Source: Pseudomonas aeruginosa
Lineage (GTDB): Bacteria > Pseudomonadota > Gammaproteobacteria > Pseudomonadales > Pseudomonadaceae
Assembly: GCF_001457615.1 (NCBI RefSeq)
Contig: NZ_LN831024.1
Location: 3,990,001 to 4,022,000 of the forward strand
DNA: 32,000 nt
Direction of reading: 5' to 3'
Shown here: piece by piece, positions 8,118 through 16,954 of the stretch
Layout of the letters: the number at the start of each line of letters is the position of its first letter
How positions within the stretch are numbered: position 1 is the first letter of the stretch
Made by a program: the position numbers and the translations under genes
The notes under the pieces: generated by a model
What the model was told of the DNA's origin: nothing
The model's input: only the letters and a program-made list of their open reading frames with translations
Databases searched by the model: none

Positions 8118-9333
8118 GCCGTCCTGCCCACGGAAAACACCTTGGAGATTCCGCGGGTCCGCCTGAAGTTATCGATGAAAGCCGACCATTGCCGCTCGTG
8201 CAGCAGGTCGTCCAGCCAGTAGATGGCGCTCGCCCTCTCCAGCAGCCAGCCCGGGAGTTTTCGGCACCCACCGGCAATGACGAAAACCGTCGAGGACGCT
8301 GGCAGCTCATCGAATTGTCGACGCCATGCGTTCCAGTCCTCGGTGAGCGGCGCGTCGGCCACCACGGCTACCGCATCGGATATGACGGCGTTGTATTGGT
8401 CGGCGCGGGAGAGGTTGAGCAGAGGAGGATATGCCCAGCAGTCGTAATAGCCTTGCCGCTGCGCTCGAAGAAATGGACTCCCTCGATAGAAGCGAGGATG
8501 GCGAGTCCGCATGCGCTTGTAAGAACTCAAGGCATGACGTTTGCCGGTCTCCAGTCTGGAGCCGACCTGGCGGTGATAGAACAACAGGGGTTCCCTGATC
8601 AGCCTGCCTCGCACCCCACATCCGACCAGGGCGATCCAGAAATCCCAATCCTCGAACTGTGCCTGCCTGGCTTCGTCGAAACCGCCTACCGCCAGCCAGT
8701 CATCGCGATGAAAGATCGCAGAGACACAGAACGGATTGAAGTAACGCAACAGTCCGGGATGAAAGCCGGCGGAACGATGCAGCCGCTGCTCCTCTCCCAC
8801 CACCTGGACCCAGCTGTACGCCAGGCGGACGCCAGAGTTTCCCTCCAGCAAGACCAGGCACTTTTCCAAATAGGTGGACGCCAGCCAGTCATCCGCATCC
8901 AGGCAACAGATATAACGCCCCTCGCCCGCGCCACACCGGCATTCCGCGCTGCGGATGGCCCACGATTGGGCTGGCGCAGGAGCGTCATGCCGGGCTCCTG
9001 GAGAGCCTCGAGGAGGTCCAGGGTCGAAGGGTCATCAGAACCATCGTCGACCAGAATGATCTCGAAGTCCTGGAAGCTCTGCCGGGCCAGGCTATCAAGC
9101 GCGCGCCTCAAATACCTCCCATGGTTGAAGCAGGGAATGACCACGCTCAGCAGGGGCTTCTGCGGATCCCACGGAGTGGCGTGTCCGGAAACCTGCCGGA
9201 GCGCCGAGGCCGAACCGATATCGAGGACAAGATGGACCAGGAGCCTTCCCTTCTCTCCCAGCCACGAACGAAAAGCAGGCGGTAGGGAAAATAGCAGACG
9301 TTGCAGAAAATGGGCCGACCTCACGCCCTTCAC
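8111..9333 (-). pseudogene. GT2-family glycosyltransferase interrupted by a -1 frameshift (two ORFs, 8686-9333 and 8111-8869)
   Basis: The upstream ORF carries LLSVVIPCFNHGRYLRRALDSLARQSF, EIILVDDGSDD and PSAARNAGVARARG. The expected continuation RYICCLDADDWLASTYLEKCLVLLEG... is in the other frame. The switch maps to the C4 run at 8918-8921 (G4 on the coding strand). One extra G would restore a 407-aa protein. Confidence 0.75.
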
Positions 9334-10813
9334 CTGGACACCGGTTCGGTTTCCATGGAGACCTCTTGCTCAGGCCGCACGCCCCCAGGCAGGTAGCCGG
9401 GTATGTTCCTGGCCGCATCCCTGAATGCGGCCCAGCCATGACGTCGCGTCAGCAACTCGCGGGCGCGTTTCACCCGTCTCGCCGTCTCCCCGGGATTGCC
9501 CAGCGCACTCCTGATTGCCCTTGCGAACTCGCCGGCATCGGCGTCAGCGCCGACCAGATAGCCCGTTTCGGTATTCAGGAACTCAGCGATACCCCGACGT
9601 CGGGGGCGACTATGGGCAGCCCTGCAGCAGTGGCTTCGAGCAGGATGTTCGGCAAGCCGTCATAGCGAGAGGTATACAGCAACATCGCATATCGCCCCTG
9701 CCGAGCCAGGGCCTGGAAGGAGTCGTAACGCCCATGAAGCCTGACATTCGGCAGGCGTCGCAGCTTCCTCTGGGTTTCTCCCCTGCAAGCAGGATCGACC
9801 TCGCCGTGGACTTCGAACAGGTATTCGGGAAGCGCCAGGGCAATCTCGTAGAGCAGGTCCGGCCTTTTCTGCGGCGAGATACGGCTGGCCCAAAGAATCG
9901 TCGAGCCTGCGGTCGGAATCGCCTCTGCATGGTCGCTGGCGGGAAAGTAGAGCCCATGCATGAGCTCCGGCGGAATGCCGTCCCGCTCGTGAATCTGTTG
10001 GAGGAAGGTCCGGTTATCCGAAAGCAGGCCCGCCAGGTGCATCCAGGACCGTGGGAGGAACTCGCTGGCATAGCCGCAGCGAACCGCATTGCCGTCCAGG
10101 TCGTCGCAAAAGACGCTGGCGTAAATCCGCTTACCCTCGAACGTCAACGTCTTGCCATGCCGCTCGAGCAGTTCCCAGGCCAGTTGCGAGTTGATGATGT
10201 GGATACTCCTGGCAGGACATTGCAGCAAAAGGCGCAGCAGTACCAGGCGCCGGTCCTCCTCGCCAAGCAGATTGCCCAGGCGTCCGAACTCCACCACCCG
10301 AACCTCCGCCGGAAGCCGGTTGAGCCAGGGAGACACCACATCCCGCGTGACCACTACCGTCACCTTCACGCCCATCTCGGCGCATAACCGCACATGATGC
10401 AGGATTCCCAGGTCAGCGCCACCACGCTGCAAATGCGGGACGAGGAAGACCATATCCGGCGCATATTCGATGAAGTCCGCCAGACATCCCCGGTACAGTT
10501 GCGCCGGTCCGTTATCTATCGGGGCCTTCCAGGAAGTGTAAACGCGCAGCTTCGCCGCCGTGGGATACAGGGCAGGCTCGATCCGGGCCAACGCCTTCAT
10601 TTCGTCGACTATCCATGGCGGCAGCGCCATCGGAGAGGGTGACGGTACGACGACTGCCTCCTTGAGCAACCAGCCCTTCAAACGGTCGCAGACCAGTATG
10701 AAGCGTTGTAGTTGGCGCTCGGAGAGCACCCGCCGCAACGATCCAAGAATAGGTGGATAGGCTGTGCGAGCGAAGCTGGCCGCACGAGCTTTCAGTCTGC
10801 CGTTCAGGCTCAT
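9330..10813 (-). pseudogene. GT4-family glycosyltransferase interrupted by a -1 frameshift (ORF 9575-10813 plus out-of-frame tail to 9330)
   Basis: The ORF ends ...YDGLPNILLEATAAGLPIVAPDVGVSLSS*. The canonical continuation (DVG)GIAEFLNTETGYLVGADADAGEFARAIRSALGNPGETARRVKRARELL... reads in the next frame. The switch is at the C4 run 9592-9595. The restored frame is 494 aa and ends at TGA 9330-9332, overlapping the GTG start of the next gene (GTGA). Confidence 0.75.
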
Positions 10814-10909
10814 CAGGAAAGTTCCACTTGGTAGAAGTGCTGGATGCTCGGCTCATCGATGCGGGGCTGCCGCGGCAGGCATGTGCCTCCCCGGCCCCAG
10901 AGAAGCCGG

Positions 10910-11638
10910 CTAGTGATCGAAACACCGTCCATCGAAGAATCGTCCGGGGCGAACCACTGCGTTCAGCGCGCCCATGGCGGCCAGCATCGATGCTTCCTTG
11001 CGGCGATAGAACAGGCAGGTGCCGCTAGCCAGGGTGTGCTTCCGACCGGACGCAATCACCTCGAGATTCCAATGCCAATCTTCATAACCGAAGCCGGATT
11101 TCCCGACTCGGGTCTCCAGGTATGGAAGCTCCTGGAATACGGCTTTCTCGGCTACGACAACGGAAACCCATGGGTGATGCTTGAAGCAACTTTCCACGGG
11201 ATAGTCTTCGCTCAGTTGATCTACCGAACGCCCCAGCAAATGGCAGGCTCCATGGCTCACCGTGTACTCGGGATGGACCACGACGCCATTGCCCTTCTCG
11301 GATACCACCTGCAGGGCTTCGACCAACCAGTTCGCCGAGCAGTAGTCGTCGCCATCCAACACCCCCACCGTGGACGCATCCGCGCTATCGATCCCGGCGT
11401 TCCGGGAAAGCCCGAGATCACCATGCTCGACCTGAAGGACCTTGTCGCCCTCGCGCAGGACCGGATGCTGCCTGACGATTCGCCGAGTCGTTTGCGAGGC
11501 GCGGTCGAGCACCGCCACCAACTGCACGGAAACCCCATGGTGCGACGCGAATTCACGCATGCGTTGAAAACCCAGCAGGCTCCAATGCGCCAGCACGTCT
11601 TCCGCATGGAAATTCATGATTAAACTGATATCCGGCAT
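10910..11638 (-). CDS. small GT2-like (GT-A fold) glycosyltransferase (242 aa)
   Basis: Motifs are ISLIMNFHAED, GDLGLSRNAGI and a DxD-like VLDGDDY. I prefer the ATG at 11638 because of the GGGAGAA 7 nt upstream and because it lies just after the upstream stop. The ORF-track start at 11683 would overlap the upstream gene. Confidence 0.7.
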   Translation of the reverse strand: MPDISLIMNFHAEDVLAHWSLLGFQRMREFASHHGVSVQLVAVLDRASQTTRRIVRQHPVLREGDKVLQVEHGDLGLSRNAGIDSADASTVGVLDGDDYCSANWLVEALQVVSEKGNGVVVHPEYTVSHGACHLLGRSVDQLSEDYPVESCFKHHPWVSVVVAEKAVFQELPYLETRVGKSGFGYEDWHWNLEVIASGRKHTLASGTCLFYRRKEASMLAAMGALNAVVRPGRFFDGRCFDH

Positions 11639-11654
11639 AAGGGTTCTCCCGGTT

Positions 11655-13361
11655 CTACAAGACGTAGTGGAATCGCTCGGCAACGTCGCAGACTATGTTG
11701 GCAACCAGCTCCTGCTCGTCCGGCGCCAGCCCCTTGCTCCATGCCACAGGCTCGTCGAAAGGCAAGGGGCGGTTGTTTCGCAGAGCGGCCAAGGTCGTTT
11801 GCGGCGCCTCGACGAAGTCCTCGCAGCGCAACAACTGGACGTAATCCCCGGCGTCCTCCAGTTGCAGTGCCAGGTAACGCCACCACAGAGCACGCCGGAC
11901 AGCTAGGTGGTCGGTATCGGCAATGGCCAGCAGTGCCTTGCGCTGCCATCCCGTGAGGGCCAGGTCATCGGGACATCCGAACGGCTGGCGTTCGACGGCA
12001 GCCTGGCGCAGGTGCTCGAAGGTGTTCGCCCAGGAGTTCAGGGTGTCGTAGGGATGACGGATGGTTGCGATCAGCAACGCCGTCGGCATGACCTTGCGGA
12101 TCAGGGGCAGCCGGGCGATATAGGCAAGCGTGTTCTTCGTTCCCAGGTGAAACGAAGCCCCCCGCACCTCAGCGAAATAGTCGCTGGACTGATCGTTGCC
12201 CCTGGCAGTGTCGTCGACCAGGCGGCCATTCACATGCTTGTTCGGCACGGGCCTGCCCGCCAGGATGTCGCGACGTAACTCTGCGTAGTAGCGTGGCAGT
12301 CCCCAAGGAAGAGGCGAGAGTTTCAGCGCTTCGAATACCTGAGGAGGTTCATTGAGCACCACGGTGTCGGGCTGCTGGGAGAGCAGACGGCATAGATGGC
12401 TGGTTCCGCTCCGGGGAATCCCGGTGATCACCAGGTCCTGTCCGGCCTCGACAGTGCCGGTGGAATCACCTTCCGAGAAAGCCAGCCGAGGCGCAGGAGC
12501 CAGGATTGCTTTCTTCCAGTTGGCATCCAGCGCAAGCACTTCGCGCAGCTCAGGGAAACGCTTGGCCAGTTCGTCCAGTTCGGCCCATAGCGAACGCTCG
12601 CGGACAAGTGTGTCGAGAGAATGGTAGTGGCAGAAGAAGGGCGGTAGGGACGCAGCGGATAGCGGCTTGATATGAAGCGGATAATTGAACCGTTCGCTGA
12701 GCGCTCTCGTCTTGTAGTTCAACGCGTGCAGAGCGACGGGTAGCGTCAGCTGGTCCAGCCAGGGCATCTTGTTGGTGATCAGCGGGTCCGCATGGACGCG
12801 TTCGGCGAGCCTGTACCAGACTTCGGCGAAACGCCTGGCATCACGTACCAGGATAAAGCCAGCGTTATAGTACGCAGGCATCGCTTCCCCGGAACAAGTG
12901 GTCACTACCCGATCTCCAGGCAATGCCGATCCCGCATGGGCGTATATGCGTTGCCAGTAATCGTTCTGTTTTGCCACCAATGCCATATCGGCAGGTTTGA
13001 GTGCCGCGTCGAAACGACAAAGCATGTCAGCTTCGAATGCATCGACACAGATCATGTCACTGTCGAGAAACAACGTATGCCCAACAGCCGGCCCCAGCGC
13101 CAACGCCGCGAACTTGTTGCCTATTGGATACTCTGGCCCGAAAGGACTATCCATAGGCAAAAGAGGAATGCCCAAACGTTCATATAAGCGTCGGGATGCA
13201 TCGCTTGGCACACCCCAGTCAGCCTTTCCCGATGGACATGCGGCAATGATATCCATGGAAAAGCCAAAGCGTTTGCGTAGAGAAGCCGCCAACACGGCAG
13301 ACTTGATTTCCAACTCGCCGGCGTGGACGACGAATACCATGGTCAAAGACGATGACATCAT
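11655..13361 (-). CDS. bifunctional-looking protein: N-terminal GT8-like glycosyltransferase domain + C-terminal sulfotransferase domain (568 aa)
   Basis: The N-terminal domain (about 12480-13361) has the DxD motif LFLDSDMICV and a GT8-like YYNAGFILV. The C-terminal domain (about 11655-12479) has the 5'-PSB motif ITGIPRSGTSHLCRLL and the 3'-PB motif IATIRHPYDTLNSW. The ATG at 13361 overlaps the upstream stop (ATGA). Confidence 0.8.
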   Translation of the reverse strand: MMSSSLTMVFVVHAGELEIKSAVLAASLRKRFGFSMDIIAACPSGKADWGVPSDASRRLYERLGIPLLPMDSPFGPEYPIGNKFAALALGPAVGHTLFLDSDMICVDAFEADMLCRFDAALKPADMALVAKQNDYWQRIYAHAGSALPGDRVVTTCSGEAMPAYYNAGFILVRDARRFAEVWYRLAERVHADPLITNKMPWLDQLTLPVALHALNYKTRALSERFNYPLHIKPLSAASLPPFFCHYHSLDTLVRERSLWAELDELAKRFPELREVLALDANWKKAILAPAPRLAFSEGDSTGTVEAGQDLVITGIPRSGTSHLCRLLSQQPDTVVLNEPPQVFEALKLSPLPWGLPRYYAELRRDILAGRPVPNKHVNGRLVDDTARGNDQSSDYFAEVRGASFHLGTKNTLAYIARLPLIRKVMPTALLIATIRHPYDTLNSWANTFEHLRQAAVERQPFGCPDDLALTGWQRKALLAIADTDHLAVRRALWWRYLALQLEDAGDYVQLLRCEDFVEAPQTTLAALRNNRPLPFDEPVAWSKGLAPDEQELVANIVCDVAERFHYVL

Positions 13362-14635
13362 TGGGTAGCCCGGGTCTCGCAGCAGAACGAAACCGGCTCG
13401 AATGCCCCATGCAGATTCACCACTGCATCGAAGCACTTGGGCGAATTGAAGACCCTGAATATCGCCGCATTGACCTGTTTATCCATGAGTTCGCAAACGG
13501 ACTCCGACAAAGAGTTCTCCAGACGAAACGTCAAGGCGTATTCGCCGGCCTGCAAGTCGCAGTCGAAGCTGATGCGTATTCTCAAGCGCCCGTCAGGCTC
13601 GACATTCAAAGCCTTGCCCAGCAATAAATTGTTTATGCCATAGAGGTTGTAACCGCGCTGGTCACGGATAGTCAGGGTGATCTTTGGGTGCTCCGGGACG
13701 GGTAGGTCAAATTGCACAAGTACCTCGACCCAGACACGTTCGCCCGAATCGAAGTAATCCCGGGCTTCGTCAAGTACGCCCATGCGGATGGATAGAAACC
13801 TGCCCTGCCCATTTCCATATGCAATTACCGAGTTCCCGTGTTCGCCAGAAGCGATCAGGCTTCCTGAGCGGACTTCCGCCCGCTGTGTCTCTATACTGTC
13901 CCGCAGATAGAGTTCCGTGGCTGTTTCACAGTCGCCATCGAATATCACTCTACCTTTGGATAGATAGATCGCTCGACTACAGTAACTCTTGATCAACTGT
14001 ATATCGTGGGAGACCAGCAGGATGGTGATGCCTTTCAGCAGCAGTTCTTCAAGCCGGTTCAGGCATTTGAACTGAAACGCGGCGTCACCTACCGCCAGGG
14101 CCTCGTCCACGATCAGCACATCGGCATCGACATATGCCGCAATGGAGAAAGCCAAACGCACGAACATACCGCTCGAATATGTTCGAACCGGACGATCGAT
14201 GAACTCACCGATATCGGCAAACTGGATTATCTCGTCGAGGCGTTCAGAAATTTCCTGCTCGCCCAGTCCAAGAAGCATGGCATTGAAGATTATGTTTTCC
14301 CTGCCGGTGTACTCCATGTTGAAACCGGCCCCCAGCTCCAACAGTGCCGCTACCCTTTCTGGGCGAACCACCTGCCCACTCGTAGGTCGCAAGGTACCCG
14401 CAAGTATCTGCAGCAAGGTGGACTTCCCGGAGCCGTTGCAGCCGATTACTCCAACCACCTCCCCAGGAAAAACCTGGAAACTCACATTCCGCAGAGCCCA
14501 GAATTCCGAATAAAACTTCTTTCTCTCACCCCAGATGGCCTGCAACATCCTTTGATGAGGAGCCCTGTAGACTCTAAAACCCTTGCTTATATCTACGGCC
14601 GCAAGTACCGGCGCATTACCATTCATACAACTCAC
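13358..14635 (-). CDS. Wzt/TagH-type polysaccharide-export ABC transporter ATP-binding protein with C-terminal Wzt_C-like beta-sandwich domain (425 aa)
   Basis: Walker A is GCNGSGKSTLL, the signature motif is YSSGMFVRLAF, Walker B is LIVDEALAVGD, and the H-loop is LVSHD. About 175 extra C-terminal residues (about 13361-13888) show the pattern of Wzt carbohydrate-binding domains. The start is GTG at 14635, with an alternative ATG at 14626. Confidence 0.9.
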   Translation of the reverse strand: MSCMNGNAPVLAAVDISKGFRVYRAPHQRMLQAIWGERKKFYSEFWALRNVSFQVFPGEVVGVIGCNGSGKSTLLQILAGTLRPTSGQVVRPERVAALLELGAGFNMEYTGRENIIFNAMLLGLGEQEISERLDEIIQFADIGEFIDRPVRTYSSGMFVRLAFSIAAYVDADVLIVDEALAVGDAAFQFKCLNRLEELLLKGITILLVSHDIQLIKSYCSRAIYLSKGRVIFDGDCETATELYLRDSIETQRAEVRSGSLIASGEHGNSVIAYGNGQGRFLSIRMGVLDEARDYFDSGERVWVEVLVQFDLPVPEHPKITLTIRDQRGYNLYGINNLLLGKALNVEPDGRLRIRISFDCDLQAGEYALTFRLENSLSESVCELMDKQVNAAIFRVFNSPKCFDAVVNLHGAFEPVSFCCETRATQ

Positions 14636-14645
14636 AGCGAGATCC

Positions 14646-15797
14646 CTACAACGCAGAAAGCATCGTATTGTTTATCCTGAAAACGTCATAGCGCTGTTCC
14701 GCCAACGATCTACTGGCTTCTCCCATACGTGCGATGAGCGAAGGCGACTCGATGAACTTCAACATTGCCGCGGCTAAACTCTGCGGACTCTTGATCGGTA
14801 CCAGAAACCCATTGACACCATCCAGTACCGTTTCACGACATCCCGTCCAGTCAGTCGTTATCACAGGCTTCCCCAGGGACATGGCCTCCTGACTACTTCT
14901 CGGCACACCTTCTCTATAATAGGATGGCAGCACGAATACACTCGTATTGGCCACCCATGCCTTGATGTCATGCACATGGCCAGGCCACTCCAACAAGCCT
15001 TCGACTACCCACTGGTTCATTTCCTCCCGTGACACCCTTCCTGGATTACTGTCGACGCCTCCCAAGACCAGAAAACGCGCGAGCGGACTGCGTTTTCTAA
15101 CGATTCTCGCGGCTTCCACAAAATCATAGATACCTTTCTCCTTGAGAAGACGAGCGACAAACACGAAAGTAATAGGCCGCAACACGGGAGAACTCGCGGC
15201 AAAATAATCAAGATCGACGCCTATACCCGGCAATATCAAGGCACGTCCCGTCTTGGCCAGCCGAGGGCTCACAAACAGATCGTAGTCATCCTGGTTGAGC
15301 AGAAATACACGAGACGAGAACCGAAGGACCAACCTGATCGAACAGGTCACGACATGCCTAAGCAGCTTCCGTAGAAAATGGGTATAGCCTTCTTCCGAAT
15401 AGATGAAACCAGCGCCTTCGATCATCGAATAGCGTAATCTGACACCCGTCAAAAAAGCCGCGATACCACCGTAGATAACGGGCTTTATAAAGTAACTGAA
15501 CACGGCATCGATCTTCAGCGCCCGCAGCTTGCAGATCAGACTCAGGAGTGCGTGCAACTCCTGAAAGGGATTCATGCCCGCACGTTTCAAGCTGTAGGAA
15601 ACCGGAATTGCTCCAAGCTCCGAAACTTGACGGCTTGTCACCTCGTCATAGTCTGGAGCGAAAGCGTAGACCTTCGCTCCTCGACGTACGACCTCTCGAA
15701 TGAAATCGCCACGAAAATTGTAGATTGAAAAAGCCTGATTGGAGATCAGCGCAAGGTTGCTAAAAGGCAACCCATCGACAACAGCGGCGTGATTCAT
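14646..15797 (-). CDS. GT4-family glycosyltransferase (383 aa)
   Basis: The E-x7-E region reads LPSYYREGVPRSSQEAMSLGKPVITTDWTGCRETV. The ATG at 15797 overlaps the galE stop (ATGA at 15794-15797). The 527-aa ORF-track version runs back through galE and is not credible. Confidence 0.85.
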   Translation of the reverse strand: MNHAAVVDGLPFSNLALISNQAFSIYNFRGDFIREVVRRGAKVYAFAPDYDEVTSRQVSELGAIPVSYSLKRAGMNPFQELHALLSLICKLRALKIDAVFSYFIKPVIYGGIAAFLTGVRLRYSMIEGAGFIYSEEGYTHFLRKLLRHVVTCSIRLVLRFSSRVFLLNQDDYDLFVSPRLAKTGRALILPGIGVDLDYFAASSPVLRPITFVFVARLLKEKGIYDFVEAARIVRKRSPLARFLVLGGVDSNPGRVSREEMNQWVVEGLLEWPGHVHDIKAWVANTSVFVLPSYYREGVPRSSQEAMSLGKPVITTDWTGCRETVLDGVNGFLVPIKSPQSLAAAMLKFIESPSLIARMGEASRSLAEQRYDVFRINNTMLSAL

Positions 15798-16807
15798 GAA
15801 TACCCACTCGGATTGGAAACCTGCCAGCGCCAGGCATCCGCAATCATGCATTCGAGGCCCAGCCCCGCCTTCCAGCCCAACTCTCGCTCCGCCTTGGAAA
15901 CATCCGCCCAGCACTCGGCCACATCGCCTGGGCGGCGACCGGACACCGTAAAGGGAATGCGCCTGCCAGAGACTCGCTCGAAAGCTTCGATGACCTGCAA
16001 GACCGAATAGCCGGTGCCCGTCCCAAGATTCCAGACGTGGTAGCCGTGCCCCTGCCCCAGGTATTCGAGCGCCTTGGTATGTCCTGCTGCCAGGTCGCAA
16101 ACATGGATGTAGTCCCGGACTCCCGTCCCGTCGATAGTCGGATAGTCGCCGCCATGTACCGTCAACCGACTCAAACGTCCGACTGCAACCTGGGCGATAT
16201 AGGGCAGAAGATTGTTTGGGGTACCGCATGGGTCCTCACCGATGAGGCCGCTTTCATGAGCACCGATGGGATTGAAGTATCTGAGCACCGCGATGGACCA
16301 ACGCGCATCGGAGCGAGCCAGGTCATCGAGCATGTGCTCGGCAGTCAGTTTTGTCCGGCCATAGGGACTGGCCACGCCTCCCACTTTCGAACTCTCGGAT
16401 ATAGGCAAGGTGCCAGGCATCTGATAGATCGTTGCGGAAGAACTGAAGACAATCTTGAATACCCCGACCCTCTGCATGGCGCGTAGCAGCGAAATAGCTC
16501 CCTGAACGTTGCTCTCGTAATACTCCAGCGGGTCATCAACGCTTTCTCCAACAGCTTTCAACCCTGCCAGATGAATGACCGCATCAACCTTCTCATCGAT
16601 CAGCAGGCGCTCAACAAGAAGACTGTCTCTAACATCTCCCAGTACGAAGCCAACCGAATGCCCGGTTATTCTTTCCACTCGCTTTAGAGATTCCGAAGAA
16701 CCGTTGACAAGATTATCCAGAACCACAACCTTGGCGCCTTGGCCTAAGAGTTCGACCAACACATGAGAGCCAATGAATCCTGCACCTCCTGTGACCAATA
16801 CGCGCAT
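15794..16807 (-). CDS. galE: UDP-glucose (or UDP-GlcNAc) 4-epimerase
   Basis: The Rossmann motif is MRVLVTGGAGFIGSH, followed by FSSSATIY and the catalytic YGRTK (YxxxK). The full length of 337 aa is typical of GalE. GC is markedly low for this genome. Confidence 0.9.
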   Translation of the reverse strand: MRVLVTGGAGFIGSHVLVELLGQGAKVVVLDNLVNGSSESLKRVERITGHSVGFVLGDVRDSLLVERLLIDEKVDAVIHLAGLKAVGESVDDPLEYYESNVQGAISLLRAMQRVGVFKIVFSSSATIYQMPGTLPISESSKVGGVASPYGRTKLTAEHMLDDLARSDARWSIAVLRYFNPIGAHESGLIGEDPCGTPNNLLPYIAQVAVGRLSRLTVHGGDYPTIDGTGVRDYIHVCDLAAGHTKALEYLGQGHGYHVWNLGTGTGYSVLQVIEAFERVSGRRIPFTVSGRRPGDVAECWADVSKAERELGWKAGLGLECMIADAWRWQVSNPSGYS

Positions 16808-16904
16808 CTCGCCTCACCTTGATACGTACAGAGCTGGGTTTTCAGGGGTAAGAACTCCCATCGAGCCCGTCTGTAACGCACTCTCTTTCTACTTACCCAG
16901 TGGA

Positions 16905-16935
16905 AAAGGAGGCGATCGAGAAGATCGCCTCCTTT
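16905..16935 (-). terminator. perfect 13-bp stem / 5-nt loop hairpin between the 601-aa protein gene and galE
   Basis: aaaggaggcgatc (16905-16917) pairs with gatcgcctccttt (16923-16935). On the minus-strand transcript the 3' arm ends in UUU followed by U. It starts 20 nt after the TAA at 16955-16957. Confidence 0.6.
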
Positions 16936-16954
16936 GGCCTGCAGCTAAAGTGAC

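Noticed and set aside
6441-8222. 593-aa + strand ORF. Similar long ORFs occur at 8189-9424 (+), 16979-18745 (+), 19888-21489 (+) and 666-1511 (+).
   Set aside because: All lie antisense to genes with clear domain signatures. Their translations are Arg/Ala/Gly/Pro/Gln-rich low-complexity strings without motifs, and they lack the GC3 pattern of the opposite strand. They are typical shadow ORFs of GC-rich DNA.
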